Assembly (NCBI GenBank): GCA_963666285.1
Contig: OY762711.1
From: Sedimentisphaerales bacterium
Lineage (GTDB): Bacteria; Planctomycetota; Phycisphaerae; Sedimentisphaerales; SM23-30
DNA length: 64,000 bases
Reading direction: 5' to 3' (one strand)
Shown one piece after another: positions 11,655 through 22,443 of the stretch. The translations under genes were made by a program, and so were the position numbers. The notes under the pieces were generated by a model. It made no database searches. It worked only from the letters and a program-made list of their open reading frames with translations, and was not told the DNA's origin. Numbering within the stretch: the first letter of the stretch is position 1; every line of letters starts with the position of its first letter.

Positions 11655-11845
11655 ATATGCCAGATATGCTTTGTAGGCATGCAGAATCGCGTATGCTAAA
11701 AGCTCTTTATATTAGAGTGTCGTATTGTGTTGATCGAGGAAAGAATATTTGACGGTTCACCTCTATACCGTTATTATTATGGCCAGGACTTAACTGACCT
11801 TTAATTCCCTCTTTAAACGAATTATACTAAAGGATAAACTGTAAT

Positions 11846-12394
11846 ATGAAATATATATTAATGTCTATTACCATTTTGATTTCTGGTTGTATATCAGACA
11901 ATAGATTAAAAAATAATTTATTAATACTGGAACCTAAATCATCAAAAAAACAAATTGCTTCTGTGTTGAAAAATTATGGTTTTAAATTTCAGAAGGATCT
12001 CCTGTGTTTGAATTTCGACGGATTTATACCTTGCCCACTTGAGGATTTTGGCTTGGAGGGAGTAATTAGTGAACCGATTGATGACACTATTGATAAAAGT
12101 GTTATTCAATCGGAAGATTATAAAGAATTACGTATTCCAAAAGATACAAATAGATTCAATGAATTAGGGCCTGTCTCAATTTTTGCATTTACTAACAAAG
12201 CAATTGATTGCTTGATTTTCGTAGAGTTTCATGAAAATGAAAACATAAAAGTCCTTAAAAGATATGCCGTTGTCAATGATGTCAAAATTGATAACCTAAG
12301 TATCGAATATGTTGATATGGAATTGGATAAAGCAAACCACAAATTACCTGATAAAGTTATAAAGGTAATATCGAAAGGTAAAAAGAATAAATAA
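11846..12394 (+). CDS. Hypothetical lipoprotein (AT-rich)
   Basis: AAGGA RBS; lipobox ISG-C at residue 15; no recognisable domain. Confidence 0.6.
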   Translation: MKYILMSITILISGCISDNRLKNNLLILEPKSSKKQIASVLKNYGFKFQKDLLCLNFDGFIPCPLEDFGLEGVISEPIDDTIDKSVIQSEDYKELRIPKDTNRFNELGPVSIFAFTNKAIDCLIFVEFHENENIKVLKRYAVVNDVKIDNLSIEYVDMELDKANHKLPDKVIKVISKGKKNK

Positions 12395-12493
12395 AGTTAG
12401 TTGTTCTTTCTTGTAGTCGGTATTATCAAAAAAAAATTAAAAGTATCAGATATGCTCTGTAGAAAAGCTCTTTAATAAATGAACAACAGCAAA

Positions 12494-12524
12494 GAGAGTT
12501 AAAGGGGGCGTCTCTTTAATTCTC
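12494..12524. repeat. Hairpin/REP-like element between convergent genes (may also act as terminator)
   Basis: gagagttaaagggg-gcgt-ctctttaattctc stem-loop; resembles the elements at 56711-56782. Confidence 0.5.
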
Positions 12525-12585
12525 CTCAACTTAAGTCGAAATATAAATGTAAACGAAATTATGAGACTGATAGAAAGGTTTTAAC

Positions 12586-14097
12586 TTATTTATAGGCTTC
12601 TTGTATTGCCAGCTGCATTTGATTAATTTCATTATCAGTAAGTTCAGGAAAATGTGATTTGCGTTTACTTCTTGATAGTGTGCCGTTATTTTGCAGGCAG
12701 AACCTGATGAACATATCTATTTTCCGGTCAGGCATATCAACTATCTCCCGGATAGCAGTTTTTGTTGTATCGTAGTTTTTCAGGAAATCCAGTTCAGTAA
12801 CCATTTCTTTTTCAATAGTGATCTGGATAAAATAAAAAAGATTTTCTGCGATTGTTGTCATATCAGGATAGCGGTAATGGTTGGCTGTACGATTATGAAC
12901 TTCCATTTTGCCGCTTTCGTCAAGAGTGTAATCCAGCAGTGGGATTAGCGGTTTAGAAAAACTTTCCAGGCACGCATCGTAAGCATTCATATTATTGAGC
13001 ATGGCAGCCGAAATTGGGAAAATGAATCCATTCGGGCTGAACTTTCGGCGTGTGAGTATGTTGTGTATCAGAAATCTGTGTATTCTGCCATTACCGTCTC
13101 CAAACGGGTGCAAAAACACAAAACCAAATGCAATAGCCGCCGCATGGATAACCGGATGTAATTCTTGAGAGTTGTCCATTCTCTTATGAGACGAGATAAG
13201 TCCTTCCATTAAGCCAGTCAGATCTTCAGGCTTAGGTGGGATGTAATGTATTTTCTCCTGCTGCCAGGCAACCGATTCGCCTACATAGTTCTGGTTATTT
13301 CTGAAATCCTCATCTGCATATCGCGGATCAACGATCCGGTTCTGTAATTCAATCAGTGTTTCTTTGCTTATAAAGTCATCTTTTTCTGCTGCGTGCAGCA
13401 TTGCCGTAAAACGCTCAGCCCGCCCGGCGTTTGGGGTGATATTTTCTATAGCAAAAGATGATTTGGTTTCTTTAGTGTACATATAGCTGATCGCACGTTT
13501 AAGCAGTCTTTCAGGATATTCAGACAAAATGCTGCGGCATTTGGAGCTTAAGTTATAACTTTCAAAATCAGCAATAGTTTTAGTTTTTCGAATTTGAGGA
13601 CAAAAATCTGGATTGCCCAGCATATTGTCACGAATACGCTGTCGTCGAATCATTGTTCCTTCCGTTGTGAAATACAGTTCCCGATCAAGCAGGTCAACGT
13701 AATTGCCCTTTGCCAGGTCATTAATTGGTAATTGATCACCGGTAATCCATTCGTAAAGATACCATATCCGTCTGGTATATTGACCTTGCGGCTTGGTTGT
13801 TATCCATGAAGTTAATTCTTTTTTATCGGCTAAAGCGAATATTTCGGAAAGTATTTCAAGGTTCACGCCTTCATATTTCAAGGCAAACTCAAAGTGATCG
13901 AACCTGTTTTTACCGGGAAAGTATGATTTTGGGTATATTTCCTTTATGCTGCCGTCTGACTCAATGGTCTTCTGGTGAGATGAACCACCTATTTCTGACT
14001 TGTGCCAGTGAGGCATTACCTGCAGGTCAAAATGCTGAACAAGCCAGGCGTATCCTGCCGGATTAAATTTATTGGACCTATTTTGTTTGTTTAACAT
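12586..14097 (-). CDS. Fic domain protein (AMPylase family) with internal inhibitory motif
   Basis: HPFGDGNGRIHR canonical Fic motif; upstream SFAIEN matches the (S/T)xxxE(G/N) inhibitory motif. Confidence 0.9.
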   Translation of the reverse strand: MLNKQNRSNKFNPAGYAWLVQHFDLQVMPHWHKSEIGGSSHQKTIESDGSIKEIYPKSYFPGKNRFDHFEFALKYEGVNLEILSEIFALADKKELTSWITTKPQGQYTRRIWYLYEWITGDQLPINDLAKGNYVDLLDRELYFTTEGTMIRRQRIRDNMLGNPDFCPQIRKTKTIADFESYNLSSKCRSILSEYPERLLKRAISYMYTKETKSSFAIENITPNAGRAERFTAMLHAAEKDDFISKETLIELQNRIVDPRYADEDFRNNQNYVGESVAWQQEKIHYIPPKPEDLTGLMEGLISSHKRMDNSQELHPVIHAAAIAFGFVFLHPFGDGNGRIHRFLIHNILTRRKFSPNGFIFPISAAMLNNMNAYDACLESFSKPLIPLLDYTLDESGKMEVHNRTANHYRYPDMTTIAENLFYFIQITIEKEMVTELDFLKNYDTTKTAIREIVDMPDRKIDMFIRFCLQNNGTLSRSKRKSHFPELTDNEINQMQLAIQEAYK

Positions 14098-14110
14098 TTC
14101 ATTTTCCTTA

Positions 14111-14200
14111 AAACACTTACAGTATTAGAAATATACTTACAATATAAGCAATCGGCAAGAAAATACTTATATATTCACTATTTTATATATAAATACTTAT
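14111..14200. promoter_or_regulatory. Four phased 10-bp direct repeats upstream of fic
   Basis: aaacacttac (14111), atatacttac (14131), aaatacttat (14161), aaatacttat (14191). Confidence 0.45.
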
Positions 14201-14353
14201 AAATATTGTTATATGATGAAAAATAGTGATATTGTGGTATGTTTGAGTGGAAATGCTATTTGGGTGTCAAAAAATGATAGTGGAAGCATGAAACGGCTTT
14301 TTATCTAATATCTCGCCATAATTCAGAGAGTCCATCATCAGCAGTTTATGGTT

Positions 14354-17300
14354 TTAATCGCCTGTCAGGTCGAAGGCGGTAAAGAGGTTTTCGATATTGC
14401 CGGTTGGGTTGTCGCTGTCGCCGTTGGAAGCGGTCCATTCAATACGCAGCGGCAGGTAAAGTTTGCCGTCGGCGCTGAGTGTGGCACTAGCCTGGGCGAG
14501 TCCGTCTGAGTCAACCTGGATAGTATCAAGCAGTATTGGTCCGGCGGCGGTGTCACGGATAGCGAAATAGGTATCGTTCTGGTTGTTGCCGACGATGATG
14601 ACATTATTGATAGTGACGATAGGGCAGCTGCTGTGGATTTCCCAGCCGAGGCTGGCAGTAGGGTACGACCATTTAACAGTGCCGTCAGAGGTATTGACGG
14701 CATATAGAGTCCCGTCGCCCTGGCTGCTGTTGGTCTGGAAATAGAAAGTAGAGCCGTCATGGCTGAGACAGCCGGTGCTCTGGGCACGCTGCGGGTTATT
14801 CATACCTGAAGTATATTGGAAGACCAGGGTACAGGTATCATCCCAGAGCGGCTGACCGTCTTTGGTCAGTCCAACCAGGTATATACTACTCTCTCCGGCA
14901 GGCATATATATATTACCGTTTTCCGGGTCGATGGTAGCATTGGCGTCTGAATTTATGGAAGCAGCAGCCCAAATCTGATCTCCAGTATCGCCGTTCCAGC
15001 ACTTAATCAAATTTGTTCTACCGCCGGAGATAACCAGCAAAGTGCCGTTATCATCATAGAGTGACGGGTCGTTATAGCAGGCATATACAGTTGAGGCAGC
15101 TGCCCATGATTGAGTAATGGCATTGCCGCTGTCAATGCCGGCATATGAAGTTTCATTCCAGCTATGCAGCCATATACGCCCGTCCGGGCTGATGGTGGGC
15201 GAGTTCATGTTGAGCATTGAAGAAGTGTCGGCGGCGGTATCCCGGAATATTGAAGGGCCAACGGCTGTTTCAAAAGCCATGAGTTCTCCGTCAGTTGCAT
15301 CGCTGGTGATATATACAGCTTTTCCGTCATTAGAGAAAGCGGCGGTCATTAATGCGATGCTTTCGCCGCCGGAGGTGTTGCCTTGCCATAATAGTTTGCC
15401 GGTATGGCGGTCCATGCCCTGAATCCCCTTGGGCCAGTGGTAGGAGCCAGTTACGACATCTTCGCCGTCTGGTCCGATGGCGGTGAAGAAGCTCATTGAA
15501 GTTGCCGAGAAATTACCGTTTGAAGGTGAGTCAGGAGAAGGTTTCTGCCAGATGATATTATCAAAGAAAGTGTTATTAAGTTTTGATGACGGGATGGAGA
15601 AGTATGCCCGGCCGGTATTGAACATGTCTTTTTGTTTCATCTGCCAGTTATCGATAATGGTTTCTATGCCGTAATCCTGGGATATGTAGGCAAGGTCAAG
15701 TATGTTTACAATGCCGTCGCCGCTGATATCGCCTTGTATGCCGCAATAGCTTCCGAGCCAGTTGGACGCAAGTATGACGAGGTCATAGATGTCGACCGTG
15801 AGGTCGCTGTTGAGGTCTGCGGTCTGAGGGGCGGCCGGGATATTGACCGGGCACTGATTGCTAAGACCTGATGAGTTAGCGGAATCGTATGCTCTGACGG
15901 TATAGGTATATGAATTGCACGGTGAGACAGTTGTATCGACATAACTGTTGGTTGAGGTAGTGCCAATTTCGATGTCGTTGCGATATACATAGTAACCCTT
16001 AACACCGATATCGTCGGTAGAGGTAGTCCAGGATAGCGAAACTGATTCAAAAGTTATTTCAGTTGCGGTAAGGTTGGTCGGATCGGTTGGCGGTTCGGAG
16101 TCTGGTATATTTGTACCGTCCAGTTCGATAGAATAATAAGCATCGGCAGTATTGCCCTGCCAGTATTGCATGTTATAGTCAGAGACTTCCATTATGCGGT
16201 ACCATATCTGTCCGGCATATTCGATGCGAAAGACAAATACGCTGTTGGCGTGGCCGTAGGTGTGGATAATATCGCCGCCTGGGTTGAAAGGGTTTCTGGG
16301 CAGATGTACGTATCCATCGCTATCGGTAAAATACTGCTGGTCTGGAGTGTTGTCGATGGTTTTGCCGTACCATCCGGGCCCGGCAGCAGCCTGGTATATT
16401 TTTACATCGGCACCAACCCAGGGAACACCGGCAGTGTCAATAAACCTGACATGATTGTTGTCCGGCAGATCCTGAAGGAAAACGCCGATGTTGCATGGGG
16501 CGTTGGCATTGCCGCAGGTAGCTCGTTGTCCGGCGATCAGGTTTAACGCACCGGCTTCATATGGAGACCATGCGAAGTCGTAGGGGCCGGACATAACACC
16601 GCCGCTTTTGTTGTAGTATAGCACTTCTCCCCAGGCGAGGAACGGCATATACGAGCTGCCGCCTACATAGGTGTCGCCTTCCCAAATCTGTACGGAATGG
16701 TGGCTGGAGGTATTGTGCACATCGAACCCGTAGCTGTCGATGAGGTAGCGGGCATGGCCGAGCTCGTGTATAAGGCTCTTTTCGATATAGAACGGGTTGT
16801 CTTCGCTGGTCGAGGAATGGTTTGAATAGAAGTCAGATTCAAGTCCGGAAGCGGTAAAACCCCACATTAGATCAACTGTTTTGTCGCTACTGTCCGGATT
16901 GTTGGTAGGCAGCCCACCATTCAGCGGCAGGGTTCCGTCAGGGACGATGACGATTTTGTCGATTCGCACACGGTCTAAAACGCCATCCGGTGAGTTGGGC
17001 CAGATAGCAGTTTCGTACAGTTCGTTTTGTTTGGCCATCTGCCGCTGGATCCAGTCCGGCCATGAATTTGAACCTATACCCAATTCATACTGATAGAAAT
17101 GGAAATAATCGTAAACGGACTGCTCGACCCAGAATCCGGCGATAATGGCGTTGGTGCGGTCGGCGAGATAGTTGTTGTCTTCGCTGTCTTCTGAGACATA
17201 TTCTTCCGGATCCAGAACAAGTTCAACGTTATGAGGGCCGTCTTGCCATTCCCATTCGATAGTAACTATGCCCTCTTCGTTGGGCGGCAATTCGATAGCG

Positions 17301-17566
17301 TTCCAGTCGTAGATTTCATCGTCTATGAGGAAAATATATTCAATCATTTCAGTTGTGTCAGACCAGTTTATGATATGGCCGTTGAAGTTTACCAGATCGC
17401 CAGTTTCAGGCATGTTTTTGGCAGCGTCATAGTCGTATCGCGGCGTACGCTCGATATAGGCAGCGTCGAAATCTATTGCAAAGGCCGAGGGAATTGTAAT
17501 AAACGTTGGTAAAAGTAAGGCCGCAGTAAAAGAAAATAACCGTATATAAGGATATGTAATTCTCAT
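14354..17566 (-). CDS. Secreted multidomain protein: CARDB-like, HExxH metallopeptidase-like, FN3, dockerin-like, PQQ-like beta-propeller
   Basis: LIHELGH; DSEPPTDPTNL...WTTSTDDIGVKGYYVYRN (FN3); ADLNSDLTVDIYDL and GDISGDGIVNILDL; GTLYAVNTSDGTVKW propeller repeat. Confidence 0.75.
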   Translation of the reverse strand: MRITYPYIRLFSFTAALLLPTFITIPSAFAIDFDAAYIERTPRYDYDAAKNMPETGDLVNFNGHIINWSDTTEMIEYIFLIDDEIYDWNAIELPPNEEGIVTIEWEWQDGPHNVELVLDPEEYVSEDSEDNNYLADRTNAIIAGFWVEQSVYDYFHFYQYELGIGSNSWPDWIQRQMAKQNELYETAIWPNSPDGVLDRVRIDKIVIVPDGTLPLNGGLPTNNPDSSDKTVDLMWGFTASGLESDFYSNHSSTSEDNPFYIEKSLIHELGHARYLIDSYGFDVHNTSSHHSVQIWEGDTYVGGSSYMPFLAWGEVLYYNKSGGVMSGPYDFAWSPYEAGALNLIAGQRATCGNANAPCNIGVFLQDLPDNNHVRFIDTAGVPWVGADVKIYQAAAGPGWYGKTIDNTPDQQYFTDSDGYVHLPRNPFNPGGDIIHTYGHANSVFVFRIEYAGQIWYRIMEVSDYNMQYWQGNTADAYYSIELDGTNIPDSEPPTDPTNLTATEITFESVSLSWTTSTDDIGVKGYYVYRNDIEIGTTSTNSYVDTTVSPCNSYTYTVRAYDSANSSGLSNQCPVNIPAAPQTADLNSDLTVDIYDLVILASNWLGSYCGIQGDISGDGIVNILDLAYISQDYGIETIIDNWQMKQKDMFNTGRAYFSIPSSKLNNTFFDNIIWQKPSPDSPSNGNFSATSMSFFTAIGPDGEDVVTGSYHWPKGIQGMDRHTGKLLWQGNTSGGESIALMTAAFSNDGKAVYITSDATDGELMAFETAVGPSIFRDTAADTSSMLNMNSPTISPDGRIWLHSWNETSYAGIDSGNAITQSWAAASTVYACYNDPSLYDDNGTLLVISGGRTNLIKCWNGDTGDQIWAAASINSDANATIDPENGNIYMPAGESSIYLVGLTKDGQPLWDDTCTLVFQYTSGMNNPQRAQSTGCLSHDGSTFYFQTNSSQGDGTLYAVNTSDGTVKWSYPTASLGWEIHSSCPIVTINNVIIVGNNQNDTYFAIRDTAAGPILLDTIQVDSDGLAQASATLSADGKLYLPLRIEWTASNGDSDNPTGNIENLFTAFDLTGD

Positions 17567-17784
17567 AACGTCCGCTCCTAAAATAAATTAGATAAAAAGC
17601 ATTAAAATCGCTTCAAAACCCACTAAGTTATTATTATATCAATTTGACTTTATGGATTAAAACAAAAATAGTCAAGCGAGTAAAATTAGTTTTCGATTTA
17701 ATTACTATTGACATTCGCAGATAATTTTGAATAGTAAGTATTTGTATAAGTTTACTATTTATAAGGAATAATGTTTTTTTCTAT

Positions 17785-18354
17785 ATGCTACAGGAGGAAA
17801 AGATGTCTGAACGTCGATTTAGCGGAAACTTTGACCGTTTACGTGACCCTTCGTCGGTAAAGATGATGGCGATGGATGATATAATAGCCGCGGTAATGGA
17901 AGGTACTGAGCTGGAGAGTATGCTTGATGTTGGAACGGGAACAGCGGTATTTGCCGAGCATTTTCAGAAGGCCGGTGTGGGGACAGTTGCCGGTGTGGAT
18001 GTTAATCCTGAGATGCTGGAAGCCGCGAAAGGTTATCTTCCTGAATCAGAATTCAAGGTCGGCCCGGCAGAAGCTCTGCCCTGGGAAGATTGCTCATTTG
18101 ACCTGGTATTTATGGGTTTTGTCTTTCATGAGGTAGATGATTATGTCAAGACTTTGCAGGAAGCAGCGAGGGTAGGTAAAAAGCTGGTAGCTGTATTGGA
18201 GTTTCCCAAGATTGAGCAGCCGTTTGGCCCACCGCTGGATCACAGGCTGGATGCACAACAAGTAGTAGATTTTGGAATGCAGGCAGGGCTTGGCGAGGCG
18301 AAGATTGTGGAGCTAGAGCACCTGGTAGTATATTTGTGGGAAAAGTTGAGATAA
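17785..18354 (+). CDS. Class I SAM-dependent methyltransferase
   Basis: LDVGTGT motif I, GVDVNPEML, AEALPW...FDLV; true start may be ATG 17803 after AGGAGG. Confidence 0.85.
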   Translation: MLQEEKMSERRFSGNFDRLRDPSSVKMMAMDDIIAAVMEGTELESMLDVGTGTAVFAEHFQKAGVGTVAGVDVNPEMLEAAKGYLPESEFKVGPAEALPWEDCSFDLVFMGFVFHEVDDYVKTLQEAARVGKKLVAVLEFPKIEQPFGPPLDHRLDAQQVVDFGMQAGLGEAKIVELEHLVVYLWEKLR

Positions 18355-18395
18355 TGTTTTGTATAGAATCTTGAAGCAGAGCGAAGTGTAAAAAT

Positions 18396-18929
18396 ATGAC
18401 TAATTTAGTGCAAAGAGCAGCGGATTATGCCAGGCAGGCTCATAATAGAATTGATCAGCGACGAAAATATAATGGTTTACCGTATATTATCCACCCTGAA
18501 AGTGTGGCAAAACTAGTGTCGTCAGTGACAGATGATCCGGTAACAATTTCTGCTGCATGGCTTCATGATGTGGTGGAAGATACACCTGTAGTTATAGGAC
18601 AGATAGAGGAAGAGTTTGGTCGTGATGTTGCTACTCTGGTAAGTGATCTAACAGATATAGCGAAGCCAGAAGATGGTAATCGAAAGGTTAGAAAGCAAAT
18701 CAATAGAGCCCATACAGCCCAAGCGGACCCCAGGGCCAAAACAGTAAAGCTTGCCGATATTATTTATAATATCATGGATGTTAGTGTAAATGATCCGAAA
18801 TTTGCGAAAACGTTTATTAAAGAGAAAATATTGCTATTGAAAGTCCTGAAAGAAGGTGATGCAATTTTATATAAAAGGGCATGTGATATTATTGAAACCG
18901 CAAAGATAATTGTGTTTTCAGAAGGATGA
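18396..18929 (+). CDS. HD-domain (p)ppGpp hydrolase-like protein (small alarmone hydrolase/Mesh1-like)
   Basis: PYIIHP, AAWLHDVVEDT, VKLAD motifs of the RelA/SpoT hydrolase domain; no synthetase domain. Confidence 0.8.
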   Translation: MTNLVQRAADYARQAHNRIDQRRKYNGLPYIIHPESVAKLVSSVTDDPVTISAAWLHDVVEDTPVVIGQIEEEFGRDVATLVSDLTDIAKPEDGNRKVRKQINRAHTAQADPRAKTVKLADIIYNIMDVSVNDPKFAKTFIKEKILLLKVLKEGDAILYKRACDIIETAKIIVFSEG

Positions 18930-18960
18930 ATGTTGAGTGAGATATGGAGTATATAAAATA

Positions 18961-19002
18961 AAGAAAGAGAGCCTTCGAAGATGTTTCAAAGGCTCTTTTT
19001 CG
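18961..19002. terminator. Likely bidirectional intrinsic terminator
   Basis: aagaaagagagcctt...aaggctctttttcg stem between convergent genes. Confidence 0.65.
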
Positions 19003-19004
19003 TA

Positions 19005-22000
19005 TTATTTAATGCCGTTGAAAGTGTATTTTCCTGAACCAATGGTAAAAATAGCCTGGCTGTTTTTGATCGTGCGTTTTTTGAAATCTTTGCTGCATGA
19101 TATTGATTCAGGGTTACTTGAATCCAGAATGACAATTGCTTCTGTATTGGCAGGTATTTCTAATTGGCAGGTGTAGTTTGAATCGTCAAATTTCCAGTTG
19201 GATTGGATTTGACCGTAAGGTGACAGGTACGAAGTCGCTACCCAATCGATTCCCTTGGTAAATGCAGGTTTGATAATTGTGCGTTTGAAGCCTGGTTGGG
19301 TGGGGTCTGCGTTAATTCCGCCGAGACAGCTAAAGAACCATGCACTAATATCACCGAACATTATGTGGTTCATGGACCCTGGATTGAGCGACCAGTTTTC
19401 GTAAAGAGAAGTGGCTCCGTTTTCTATCCAGTAGCCGTAGCTGGGCATTGTTTTCTGGTTGAGCGTTGTGAAGGCTAGTTCGTTCCGGCCCATGTCGCAG
19501 AGTACTCTGAATATACATTTGGCACCGAGAATACCGACATCGTGATGATTATCAGCAGCCTGTATAGCTTCTACCAGCTTGTTTTGAACAGCTTCCCGTT
19601 GAGATTCTTCTACCAGATCATAGAACAGACTCATTGCAAGACAAGTTTGTTGACCGTCTACGTATATGCCATTACCCTTGTAAAACTTGTTATTGTAGGC
19701 TTTTTTGACGTTTGCTGACAGATTATTGAAATAGTCAACATCCTGTGATTTGCCTAGAATTTCTGCGAATTTTTTCATTATGACTGTGTCGTAATAGAAA
19801 TATGCTGTCGCAGTGAGCTGGTTGGGTGACTGTGCCCCGAAATCATTGCACCAGTCACCAAGGCCAAATGTGACGATGTAGGAAGAACCTATCCTCCTGG
19901 CAACATTTTCCATATATTTTTTCATATTTTCGTAGTTGTCTTCGATCACCTGAGTGTCATTGTGGTATTTGTACAGGTACCATGCAATGATAATGTATGC
20001 ACTATCCCATTCGGTGAGATCTCTTGCACCCCAGCCGGGCGAAGGGATAATGCAGCTGTATCGGCCGTCTTTGTCCTGGTCGTCTTTGAAATCTCTTAGC
20101 CATTTTTCGTAGGCAGGTACATTTTCATAATTGAACATAGCAAGTTCTGCGGCAAGGTGAGCATCAGCGGTCCAGCCGTTCTTTTCGCGATGCGGGCAGT
20201 CTGTTGGCAGGCCAACAAAGTTGCTTTTGTAGCTTCGGTCAGTAATTTCCTGAATAGTATTAAATAGTTCATTAGAACATTGGAAAGTTCCAATATTTTT
20301 GAAGTTGGTATATACAAATTGTGCCCTGATTGTGTCAGGTTTTGGTTTTTCTTTCAGGCCTGTTACTTCAATGTATCGAAAGCCATGATAGACGAAGCGT
20401 GGATTCCACTGTTCTGTACCTTTGCCTTTAAGGTAGTATGTATCTGTTTGGAATGGGCCGGAGTAGGTAAGTCCGCTGATGTTTTTGGTGTCCAGCATGC
20501 CATCTTTTAGTTTTTCTCCATATCTCATGGTGATCTTTTGGCCAGGTTCACCTGAGATTTTTAATTTGGCCCATCCTGATATGTTTACGCCGATATCGAT
20601 AATATATACTCCTTTTTGAGGCTCTGTTATCGCCACAGGAGCAATTGTCTCATGGACGATAGCTCCCGGCATAATTTCCGGTTTTAGAGTTCCTTTGGGG
20701 GCATCAGCAATTATGGCAAAATCCCATATAGAATAATCAAAGTCCGGCTTATCCCAACCAGGCTGTTCGAGACGGGCATCATAGACTTCCCCGTTTCTAA
20801 TTGCATCTGCGACAAGAGGTCCGTTTGAACCTGTCCAGGTGTCATTAGTGCAAATTGTATCTGTTGTGCCATCAGTATATTTAATGACTATATCCATCAG
20901 GGCCTTAGGCTTATCTCGCCATGGTGCAGAGTTATAATTCCAAGCTCCTTTTGTGTGGGAGTTGTACCAGCCGTTTGAGAGCATTATGCCGACTGCATTA
21001 TTACCTTTTTGAAGCATGTTTGTGATGTCATATGTCGAGTATAATACTGTTTTGTCGTAATTGGTAAATATTGGGTCGAGGACTTTGTTGCCGACTTTTT
21101 GGCCGTTAATCCTCAGTTCGTAAAAACCTAAGCCAGAGATGATTGAATAAGCTTTTTCTATTTTTTTGTTTATGCTGAACTCTTTTCTCAGCAGCGGGCT
21201 TGGAGTGTCCTGGGTGCTGAATTGATTCTGACCATTTATAGGGATCACGTTCCAGGGAGCGTCACCAAATTTGGCGATTTCTTTAGCAGATTCTGATTGG
21301 TTATTCGCTTTTTTTACCTGCCAGGTACTGTCTGAAACAATTTCATCTACTTTACCATCGTATTTCCAGTTTATTTTGCAGATAAGCCCGCAGGGGCCTT
21401 TTGTGGTGTTTTGTACTTCAATTTCAAATAAGTTATTACCGTTCGTGAGGTAGTTTTGTATGTCAATTTTTTTTGCATTTTGCCAGGATACGCTCGAGCC
21501 AACAAAAGTACCATTAATACTCAATTTAAAAATGTCGTCAGCCGATATTGCAGCCTGTACATATCCAAGTTTACTCGTGTTGTTAAAATTGATGTTCCTG
21601 GTAAATACTAATGTTTCAGGGGGGTAGTCATACAAATCGCCACTGATATTTCGCCAAATCCATTTAGCATTATCAAGGTTTATCGAGTAGTTGTTGTTTT
21701 TGTAGACTTCATGGTCTATAGGTTTGGAATATGTTACCCATTTTCCTTTAAAACTATCTGGAGAGATTAATCCTGTGGTCCAGGAACTGATAGGACTCCA
21801 TTTTGTGACTTTTCCATTTTTGTCCCAAATACGTACTTTCCAATAGTATTCGGTCAAGCTCTCAAAGGTGGTGCCACCATATTTGACATTGATAGATTGG
21901 TCTGATTCATTTTTTTCGCTGTTCCAGCAGTCGGCCTTTTTTTCTGATAATAATTTGGGGTTGCTTGCCACTAAAACCTGATATGCGGATTGCAGTTGGT

Positions 22001-22160
22001 TATCCTGGTCTGATTCAATTACCCAACTTAATCTTGGGTTTGTAAGATTGATGCCAACCGGGTGAGACTGATATTCACATTTTAGTCCTGAAACCGTGGT
22101 GTTAGCCAGACATATCGTGGCAATATTAAATATTATGAGAAACTGTAATGCCTTTTTCAT
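19005..22160 (-). CDS. Alpha-L-rhamnosidase, GH78
   Basis: LKCEY...PRLSW, SPLLRKEF, FVYHGFRY, PTDCPHREKNGWTADA, GATSLYENW, SMNHIMFG; start moved to ATG 22160 (AGGAG RBS, signal peptide). Confidence 0.9.
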   Translation of the reverse strand: MKKALQFLIIFNIATICLANTTVSGLKCEYQSHPVGINLTNPRLSWVIESDQDNQLQSAYQVLVASNPKLLSEKKADCWNSEKNESDQSINVKYGGTTFESLTEYYWKVRIWDKNGKVTKWSPISSWTTGLISPDSFKGKWVTYSKPIDHEVYKNNNYSINLDNAKWIWRNISGDLYDYPPETLVFTRNINFNNTSKLGYVQAAISADDIFKLSINGTFVGSSVSWQNAKKIDIQNYLTNGNNLFEIEVQNTTKGPCGLICKINWKYDGKVDEIVSDSTWQVKKANNQSESAKEIAKFGDAPWNVIPINGQNQFSTQDTPSPLLRKEFSINKKIEKAYSIISGLGFYELRINGQKVGNKVLDPIFTNYDKTVLYSTYDITNMLQKGNNAVGIMLSNGWYNSHTKGAWNYNSAPWRDKPKALMDIVIKYTDGTTDTICTNDTWTGSNGPLVADAIRNGEVYDARLEQPGWDKPDFDYSIWDFAIIADAPKGTLKPEIMPGAIVHETIAPVAITEPQKGVYIIDIGVNISGWAKLKISGEPGQKITMRYGEKLKDGMLDTKNISGLTYSGPFQTDTYYLKGKGTEQWNPRFVYHGFRYIEVTGLKEKPKPDTIRAQFVYTNFKNIGTFQCSNELFNTIQEITDRSYKSNFVGLPTDCPHREKNGWTADAHLAAELAMFNYENVPAYEKWLRDFKDDQDKDGRYSCIIPSPGWGARDLTEWDSAYIIIAWYLYKYHNDTQVIEDNYENMKKYMENVARRIGSSYIVTFGLGDWCNDFGAQSPNQLTATAYFYYDTVIMKKFAEILGKSQDVDYFNNLSANVKKAYNNKFYKGNGIYVDGQQTCLAMSLFYDLVEESQREAVQNKLVEAIQAADNHHDVGILGAKCIFRVLCDMGRNELAFTTLNQKTMPSYGYWIENGATSLYENWSLNPGSMNHIMFGDISAWFFSCLGGINADPTQPGFKRTIIKPAFTKGIDWVATSYLSPYGQIQSNWKFDDSNYTCQLEIPANTEAIVILDSSNPESISCSKDFKKRTIKNSQAIFTIGSGKYTFNGIK

Positions 22161-22443
22161 AATTGCTCCTGTGGTGTAAGAATTAAGGTAACCCAAAACA
22201 TTTCCAGAAGTCACCTTAAGTATTGTGTTTTAAGGTATTATCGATAAACTCTAGCAGTTTATATTGCGTCTTACTTATGTAATAAGTCAACTATTGGGTA
22301 TATCAACCCCTAAAATAATAAAATGTCATAAATATTGGATAAATATATGCACAATATGTTAGAAAGTTTGTTTGCAAAGTTAAGGGTAAAAAAAGTAAAT
22401 TCTTTTATTATTTCATAGAATCATTAAAATATTATTGGTACGT

